Of a stretch of 64,000 nucleotides of DNA, positions 59,858 to 64,000 are shown piece after piece. A program made the translations under genes and the position numbers. The notes below the pieces were generated by a model, which saw nothing but the letters and a program-made list of their open reading frames with translations, was not told the origin of the DNA and made no database searches. Source of the DNA: Macrostomum lignano (Eukaryota); assembly GCA_002269645.1 (NCBI GenBank), contig NIVC01003414.1, positions 35,110 through 99,109 of the forward strand, written 5' to 3'. Positions within the stretch are counted from its first letter, which is position 1. Every line of letters begins with the position of its first letter.

Positions 59858-62800
59858 TCACAGTTCTGTGGAGATAACCTTCTTATTGCCACAATTTTCC
59901 GTTTTCACATCCGAGCGACTGTCAAACTGCGGACAGGCAGACACTTGCGGATGGTCTCCCAACAGGTGCTCGCTGGCCCACCAGTCTCCGTCCTCGGCTG
60001 AGGGCACAGCGATGCTGCAGGCAAACGATTGACCGCTGACGGCGTCCACTGGTCGAATTGTCACCGGCGCAAAAGCCTCGCCGGTGTCGGCATAGGCGTC
60101 TAGCAGGTCGTGCAGCTCCGGGTAGTGATGACGCAGGCTGACGCCTCGGTCTCGAAGTGAGCGCCGCAGGCTGGCAACAAACATCTGCCTGCGCTCTCTA
60201 GGCGGCGGTTGCGGAGTTTGCGCTCGCTGCGGCTCAGCCGCGAGACGGGCGCAGAGACGAGCCGCGCCGATGGCTAAAGACACAACAAATTCGTTTTCAG
60301 GATTGTAGGCGGCGCAAGCTTCCCTAAGATCCACGGATTCTCCGATTGAAGCAGACTCGAGCAGCTCTTCAACTGGCGTGTAGATTGGCGGTTTTTGAAG
60401 ATGGCTGACCCTGGAATCGCTGCCGACGTTGAATAGCAGGAGCACGCAACCGCGGCCCAGACATCGATGAGAAGCTTGAGCCAGTCGAGCCAATCGACGA
60501 TGCGTTTCCGGACGCCGCAAGAGCCAGTCAACGAGGAGACGACGGCAGGCTGCTCCAGGAGACACTGGGTTATCTCCAAACAGGCTGGACAAAGAAGCGC
60601 CGTTGATGAGGGCGCTGTCATCTCTGGCTGCCACCAGGGCTGAAATCATCTCCCCGTACTTGCCGACGCGATTGGAGCCGCCCTTCTCAAGTTCAGCGAG
60701 CGATTCTCCGAACTGTTCCAGCTGGCTGTCTACCAATGCCAGAAGCTCACGCTGCTCTTCTTCATTACCAATGTCCGGTTCGGTCTGGCAATAAATAACG
60801 CCAGCCAAAGCATTTGGTGCCGCTTCTGCGCTGCCTGAGTTTACATTCTCGTGCTCAGACTTGTCTCGAGAAAACTCAACCGTTTGCCGAACAATGCGTC
60901 TATACACGACTGAAGTTTGCACCACCGTGCTCTCCTCGACAGCTCTGTCGCTACCGGATGGATGACTGACGCGTGAAAAGTCTGAAGGCACTGGGCTGTT
61001 AATTCTTAATTCTTGAATCGGCGAAGACTTTGCTGACGGGCTGTTTTGGGCCTCAAAGTAAAATGAATGAGAAGAGTTGCTGGAGTTACTGTCAAAGTTA
61101 TTGACTGGCCCATTAAACTCTGTTTGACTGCCGTCATTACCATTCTGCTCGATCATGGATGGTAATTTCTCATGTCGGTTGCCCATCTGCGGTGACACTG
61201 AATGCGTTGGAAGCCCGTTAAGCTGATCGGTTCTGCTTGACACAGGTTCACTTTGAATGTGAATACTTGGTGGTGCTTGATTAAAACCCTGCACGGCCGG
61301 AGCATGCTGCAAATCGTCCTGTTTCTGTGTCTGGCGATTCAACTGAACCTGGGTGAGGATGGTTTAATTTGCTGTCGGTCTCTGCTCGTCTGTGGCGTTT
61401 CATTTAAAACTTCTGCTCTGCCATAATCGGATTGTTTCATGTGCGATCTTGATGTCCCCTCAAAAACGGTAGAATTGTTTTCCTGACAGTTTGGAGAAAG
61501 AAACTGTGCTAATGTTTGTCTAGGAGGAGGCAGGGGCACGTCACCTGCTTCGCTGGATGGTTGCCCCACCATCGACTTTATAGCAGCAGAAGCGATTGCC
61601 AATGCCCTATCTCTGTCTGACATTCTTTGTGCCACCGGACTTCTTGGCGGTGGTGGCGGTGGTGCTGGTGGAAAGTGGTTTGTTTCGTTTGTTTGCGTCG
61701 TTGTCGAAGCAGCTATCGCGGCTGAGGCAATTGCGATTGCCTCTGCACGACCGGACAATCGTGAAGGTGGTGGGGGAGGAGATTCAAATACGAAGTTACC
61801 TAGAGGTTGGTGAGGGGTCTTATCACGCGAGTCTCCAGTTGATGTACTGACAATAGAAGCGCTATCACGAGCAGTTGCGCCTGGCTCAAGTTTCATTCTG
61901 GCGGCAATGGTGGTGGAGCGCGCGTTCCAAAGCTTAGAGAAGCTCCTTGTGTCGATGGAGCAATGGACGCTGCAGCAATAGCCAGTTCATTGGCACGAGC
62001 TGACGATTGCTGCTCCTGCTGGCTTCTCGCTTCTGTTCTGGAGTATGTGTCTGATTCTTTAGGCACAAAATCTTTTGGGGTCAGAGTCACTGGCTCCAAC
62101 GATGGTCGGTGCATCCGGGATTGAATTTCGACTAGACGTTGTCGCCTGACTTCCTGGCCTTCGCGAAGTAGCTCACTGCGTGTCTTGGCTATCCCCTTCG
62201 TTTCAGGCTTGCTGATAACTGGCTGATTCTGAGAGCCAGGAGTTAAGTCTTTGTTCAGTTGTTCCGGTCGCACCGCAAGCAGACAGGGCAAACTCACGCT
62301 CGTCGGAAGAATAATCGGTCTCAAGTAGCTCTCTTCCACTTCGACTGGAGAGTCTATGATGGTTTCCGTTGGCTCCGTCTCGACCGATGTCTGAATCGGT
62401 TTCAAAGATGCTGAGATAGCAAGGTCATTGGTGCTCATGCTGGCATGAGAAGTCCCATCTTTTTGCCTAGAGTATCTACTACTAGTTTCCGGTGTAGCAC
62501 TACTGCATCCATTGAGTGGCACTTTGTCCATCCATGGAGGAATTCGGAGTCGAGACAAAGATCGGCAAATTTCCTTTTCTGTATCGGTTGTTGCCCGTTC
62601 TTCTAGTCGCTCAATGAAGCTCTTTCTTTCTTTCTTCTTTTTCTGGCTTTTGCGCTTGGAATTTGACCGACTAATTGCGTTACCTACGCCAGTCTCAGCT
62701 GCCGACTCGCGGTCTTGGCTATCTACTATGCCAGTGAGGTTTAGCAGACTCCGAGAACGTCTTTTTATGGCTCCTGGAGACTGAATCATTGTAGGCTGCA

Positions 62801-64000
62801 GCAGTGTATCTACATCCGTCTCCTTGACAACACTATGATAAGTCTCTTCACCCGTATCAATATTTGTTTCCATTAGTGATGGACTAAAACTACTTACCGA
62901 GCCAATATTATCCATTGCTGATCTAGAAAGATCGAAGAGTGAAACGGAATTAAATTGGCCTGGTTGGGCTTCAAGAAGACTCACGATAGTATGAGGGTGT
63001 GATGCTTGCTCGCAGTCTAAGTCATCGAGCTTGTCAAGATCTGTAGATCGACAACCTTGCAGTCTGCGTTTCTGCTGCTGCGAATTTCGAACTAAATTAT
63101 CATCCAGTATTTCTTTTAAAGAATGTGCAAAAGTAGACACGTCATATCCTTGGTTACCGTCGCTGTTCCTTCTGGATTTCGGTCTTTCGACGGGCTCTTG
63201 TCTGGTACACGTAGATAAGCTTGCTTGTGTATGTCCCTCTGTCCAACAATTGCTCCCAGAGTGAGTCGCGACCTCTGAGGAACACATCCTTAGCTCGTCG
63301 CATCCTCTCTTGGTCCGACTGCAGTTGATTAGAACTGCTGAAATGGTTGAGGTTTGACGCTGACTCGGCCTCACTAAGCTGTTGCTGCAGAACTGAGCGA
63401 TAAGTGGTAGTTTGCGCTCGAATTTTCGTTGGTTGAACCGCACCAGAGTCGCTTTCCGATGTTTGAAAATTTTCGCTCTCAGTAGTGTCAGTCTCTGACG
63501 CTGATTCTTCATCGCCTGAAGATTCTATGTAGGCGCTCTCGACAGACATCTCAGGCTTTGGGATGTCAACTGCCGAGGATGTGACAAGCAGCTGCTCCTC
63601 CGTCACTACTGTATGCGTTTGAGGATTAGGAGCGGTCAGCGAGTTTTGGGCCGAGCCTGGAAGAAGCTTGAGTATGTGCTCTCCAGATGCACTCTGGTTA
63701 GACGAGTGGCCTTTACCCTGCGAATTTTCTATAGCTTGGCACCAACCGTCATTGATGTCACCTCTAGCAAGGGGTAGTTGCGGCTGGGGCTCAACATCGC
63801 ACTGGGTGGAGATCAGAATTCGGTAGCGACTAACGCCACCGCCGTTTCTCATCACAGTTGATGTGGCAATGCTGGCCGCTCGAGCTGCCGCTCTGGCGAC
63901 CGCTATATTGACAGTGGCGCCTGTTGCCTCTGTGACGGCACTCGCCTCGTCCCCAGTTGGTTGATCATTGGTGTCGCGAACCTCAGCCTTGGATGAAGCA
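59858..64000 (-). CDS. AJM1: Apical junction molecule AJM1-like protein, 3' part (5' end outside the window), with three frame changes
   Basis: The C-terminal block GRGCVLLLF...DLREACAAYNPENEFVVSLAI...LRDRGVSLRHHYPEL...FAPVTIRPVDAVSGQSFACSI resembles the conserved AJM1/ajm-1 C-terminus (recognised from memory). Long low-complexity N-terminal region. The frame is open to the window edge. Confidence 0.7.

Noticed and set aside
61339-61896. ATGA/TTGA stop-start overlaps suggesting a prokaryote-like coupled operon or programmed frameshifting
   Set aside because: Single-base restorations in A runs fuse the ORFs into one protein with shared repeats. No slippery heptamer was seen.

Overview
Eukaryotic animal genomic DNA, most consistent with a free-living flatworm such as Macrostomum (inference from GC-rich exons with poly-Q/A runs, minisatellite-filled introns and RTE-type LINEs; not provable without a search). 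Host genes assembled by hand from GT-AG junctions are: the 3' end of ORC2, a two-RRM Sex-lethal/ELAV-like gene, a DNAJB6-like co-chaperone, a small secreted single-WSC protein, NR2C2AP, an ERR-like (NR3B) nuclear receptor, a GT32 DXD glycosyltransferase, and the 3' part of a large AJM1-like gene with three frame changes. A large part of the window is tandem repeat or transposon. The main result is a complete 7.1-kb CMC/EnSpm (CACTA-like) DNA transposon (14536-21634). It carries an intact 767-aa transposase and a hidden 7-exon, 392-aa gene, absent as a unit from the ORF track, that ends in a BEN-like DNA-binding domain. A second CCC-terminated element of different sequence (34435-37084) lacks a transposase but keeps a BEN-like gene relic and has a different subterminal repeat motif. 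Together they suggest a two-component transposase plus BEN-adaptor system. Also present: a TA-flanked IS630/Tc1-type element with DD32E spacing and 327-bp TIRs, a LINE nested in a LINE, three-level MITE nesting, and a 526-bp near-perfect palindrome next to a copy with the loop flipped. No rRNA, intact tRNA or CRISPR array was found. All domain calls are by eye, without HMM searches.
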